Shown piece after piece: positions 60,586 to 64,000 of a stretch of DNA of 64,000 nucleotides. Under the pieces are notes generated by a model. That model was not told the origin of the DNA. It ran no database searches and saw only the letters and a program-made list of their open reading frames with translations. Position numbers and translations under genes: made by a program. Position 1 is the stretch's first letter; the number at the start of each line of letters is the position of its first letter. The DNA is from Vicugna vicugna (taxonomy: Eukaryota). The DNA lies in contig MU058444.1 of NCBI GenBank assembly GCA_013265495.1, forward strand, positions 2,108,001 to 2,172,000, given 5' to 3'.

Positions 60586-62099
60586 CACACAAAAATCTTA
60601 CTAAATCACTTATCACAAATTATACTGGCTTATTCTTAAATGACAAATACTATTTTCCTTCTCATCTCCAGAGAAATCTCCCACATTCTATCCAGGGTAG
60701 ATGAACTGGCCAGACAGAGGCACCACACCCCTCTTTCCATCCACTGCCCCGATCATGAGGTTATTTCTTACGAAGCCCTCATTCCTTAGCATCCTTCTCA
60801 AAAAAGTCTCCCATCTGCTCAGACTTGGCGTTTGAGTAGAAACCAACCCCGTGTACCACCTCAGATAATTTTTTAATTTTAATTTCAGAGGTCAAATAAA
60901 ATTCATACAACTAATAAAACTTTTTATCTAAAAAAAAATACCCCCAAAGCCTAGTTAAGTGGGTATCTTTCCCCAGCAAATCCAAAGACATCGCAAAATT
61001 TACGAGTCATTATCAAGTAAAAACAACTGTTCAATGAAACACTGCTCTCTAACATGTGACTATTGCTGTCCAATGGCCAGAAATCTGCTTACAAGGATTT
61101 CTCAGTCGTTCACAACTTTGCCTCTTTCGTCTTTCGAGTAAACCAAGGCATTCAACCACGAAAACTATGCGGAGTTGAGTGCCATCTGTTTAATTATTGC
61201 ACACACTAGGAAAAAAGTAGTCAATTGTTTTTTTAAGTAAAAAGGAAGGTCCAAGGACTTTAAAAGAAAACAAAATACAGTTCTACAGATGAAAGGTTTC
61301 TTCTAATAAAAGAAACCATAGTAAAAGAAAGAAAGAAAGCAAGAAAAGAAACCACAGTAATATTTTAGGCACAAGACAATTTTACAAAACTTCAGCAAGG
61401 AAAAAATCTTTTAAGTATTTAAACCTGCTATTCAGTGTTTTTACACGAATTCTAACAGAGGAAAAGCAAATCACTAGGAAATCAAAGTTCCAAGTTAACG
61501 CTAACAACTTCCTAAAATGATCTCTGCCCAAAGAAAAGTTCAAGACAAATAACATTCGCAAGATCCAAATCCTCCCCTAAAGTGACGTGAGCTCTGTGAC
61601 TAAATTAAACAGGAAATTTTAGGATCTTTGACACAGCAGTGACCCATTTAAGTACTTCGGGGAAAACACACAGCAGGAATATACCAATTTGTACTCTTAA
61701 TCCTTCCTGAGTATTGAAGAGACAATGCCTAGAGAGCATGGTTTTTAAGAGACAGTGATTTTAAAAGGACAGCCGGCTTCTAAATGTTTTGCTTCTACCT
61801 AGAAAACTTCAAAAGGAGAGATAAGGGAACACCTTCAAAATGCATCACGGCACCAGCCCTTCGGTTTAACCATCCAAACACTGTCATTCAAAGGCTAAGA
61901 AGGTTTCATCATTCTGGGTATCAAATGTGTCCAGCCTTCCAAGGGCTTGGGTTTTAAAAAGTCACGTGGGGAGAGCAGTGTGACCATCACGATGTCTGTA
62001 CCAGGAAACCCTCCCAGCAGTGAGTCACTCAAGGGGAGCTGGCACCTTATTCTGGACAAGTGGAGGCGAGTCGGTCCTGGTTTTCCTAATTTTTGTCTT

Positions 62100-62246
62100 T
62101 TTTTTTTTTTGGAAGTATAATCAGTTACAATGTGTCAGTTTCTGGTGTACAGCAGCATGTCCCAGTCATGCATGTACATACATGTATTCATTTTCATATT
62201 CTTTTTCATTGAAGGTTATTACAGGATATTGAATATAGTTCCCTGT
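62100..62246 (-). mobile_element. L1 3' end fragment
   Basis: PolyT then gaagtataatcagttacaatgtgtcagtttctggtgtacagca. Confidence 0.8.
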
Positions 62247-62804
62247 GTCCTGATTTTTCTTTTTAACTCAGCAGCCTACACCTACTTCTACGGAATGCTG
62301 TTCTGTAAAGGAGGCAGATTATTACAGTGTTTACAGGGGGCACGGGTGTGGACACATGGGAGACTCATTATAGGTTTATAGGTGTCAAAGTCTCCAAAAT
62401 AAAAAAAGAGGGAGAGAAGGGGAGGAGGCAGGGGAGAGAAACAAAAGGAAGAAAGGGAGAGAATAGGGGAGACGGGGTTTCCAGGCAAACAGACTGAATG
62501 AGACCTTAGCTCTGCACCTTGGCAAACTTGAGGTTCCCCACTTGCAAAGTGGGTAAAGCAGCTCCTGCTCTAAGGGTCTCTGGGAGACGTGAAGGAGGTA
62601 ACGCAACAGAAAGCCCATAACAGAATGCCTCAAATGCAGAAAGTTGTCAAAATATTAACTATTCCAGTTACTATCATTTTTATCATAATCGAATACGTCT
62701 CTCGGTACGAGGCCTCTATTTAGGAAGAGATCCAGTTCTTCAACAACATGATACAATTTTTGCAAAACTAAAATAAATCACTGAGATCAAGAAATACATT
62801 GTTT

Positions 62805-63010
62805 CAGCCACTATATATAAAAATAGATTAAAAAACACAAATTTCTTCTGTATAGCATAGAGAACTATATTCAGTATTTTGTAATAACCTTTAATGAAAA
62901 GGAATATGAAAACAAATACGTGCATGCATATGCATGACTGGGATACTGTGCTGTACACCAGAAAACTGACACATTGTAACTGACTTACTTGAATGAAAAA
63001 AAATTTTTTA
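62805..63010 (+). mobile_element. L1 3' end fragment with TSD
   Basis: aagaaatacattgtttc on both sides. Confidence 0.85.
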
Positions 63011-63064
63011 AAAAGAAATACATTGTTTCCAGCCAAGGTTTTCTGAGGATTTAGCTTCCTCTAA

Positions 63065-63270
63065 GGCAACAGGAGCGTGTATTCAGCAGCCAAGTGCTGG
63101 GGTTTGAATCCCAAGTCTGCCACTTGGTGGCTGGGTGTCTTTAAGCAAGTGTTTACTCTGGTTTCACTTCTGTCTGTAACCAGCCGAGGACAAGATTCCC
63201 TTATGGATGCTGTGAGGGTTAAATGAATTAATACATGTAAACTGCTTAGGACAGTAAGTGCTTTGTGAGT
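63065..63270. mobile_element. MIR relic
   Basis: gggtttgaatcccaagtctgccactt...tgtgagggttaaatgaattaatacatgtaaactgcttag. Confidence 0.7.
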
Positions 63271-63566
63271 GTTAACTGGAGAGCTCATGGTTATCAGTTC
63301 TTACTGGGAAACTGTTTGCCACCCCAAACTTGGCCACTGCTAAACCCAGCTACTCACTAGAGTAACTAGGCGAGGGGGCTATGATTTGGAAGCTTGTGAG
63401 CTCTGAGTCTGAACTAAATCCTGACCTCACTAACCATCAAAGCTCCCTAGATATAATCTTGGTCCCCTCCTGGTAGAGTATATATGAGTTTACTGTCGGC
63501 AAAATCCAAAGACGTACCATAGCTCTGTGTGTCTGATTTTCTAAAACATTTTTGTTTGTTTTGTTT

Positions 63567-63680
63567 TGGGGGGGGCGTGTAATTATGTTTATTTATTTAT
63601 TTTAATGGAGGGACTGGGGATTGAACCCAGGACCTCATGCACGCTACACACGCACTCTATCACCGACCTATACTCTCCCC
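63567..63680 (-). mobile_element. Vic-1-like SINE
   Basis: ggggattgaacccaggacctcatgc...tatactctcccc. Confidence 0.85.
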
Positions 63681-64000
63681 TTGCAGTGATTTTTTTTTAA
63701 TTGAACGTTAATTGAACGTTTTATTGTGATTTATAGACAGTTGTAAGGAATAATACAGAGCAATCCTGTGTAGCCCTACCCAGTTCCCCCGAGACAGGAG
63801 GGAAGCAGGCAGGGCACAACCATGGAAGGAATGACACAGCCACTGAAGACAGGACACAAACTGGTTAGAGCCAAGTTAGCGGAAGGTCCAACTCCCAGTA
63901 GACCTGGAGGCCCAGGGTGGTGGAAGGCTCGACTTCCAGTTGATTTTCTTTTTACTTGTCTGTATTTGTTAATGTTCTGCCTTCCACATGCATTGCTTTT

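Noticed and set aside
7812..63680. tRNA-like sequences as real tRNA genes, or as a CRISPR-like repeat array
   Set aside because: Dispersed, diverged, carry A-rich tails and TSDs, and are irregularly spaced: SINEs

Overview
Mammalian genomic DNA. The whole window lies inside the dystonin gene (DST/BPAG1), which runs on the minus strand. I can trace 33 GT-AG coding exons with consistent splice phase. Four groups are visible. (1) The end of the CH2 actin-binding domain and the plakin (spectrin-repeat/SH3) exons, 46249->20346. (2) The complete nested epithelial isoform BPAG1e/BP230: its own promoter and first exon at ~37.4-37.9 kb, a 2.65-kb coiled-coil rod exon, a terminal plakin-repeat exon and two polyA signals; 24 coding exons giving 2602 aa by my count. 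(3) Three BPAG1a/b exons. (4) The first 5.4 kb of the giant BPAG1b exon, which runs off the window and is missed by the ORF track. Introns contain many tRNA-Ala-like SINEs resembling the camelid Vic-1 family, so the host is probably a camel, alpaca or llama (inference). They also contain L1 3' fragments, solo LTRs, MER2/Tigger elements and MIR/L2 relics. No prokaryote-type system or CRISPR is present. The best leads are isoform-level: a phase-compatible candidate alternative first exon, a candidate in-frame cassette exon plus an RBFOX/QKI motif cluster before the giant exon, an in-frame retainable intron, inverted SINE pairs tightly bracketing exons, a tRNA-half/L1 chimera, and lineage-specific in-frame deletions with strong GC enrichment in BP230. 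Comparisons with human are from recall and need an alignment. Repeat boundaries are approximate.
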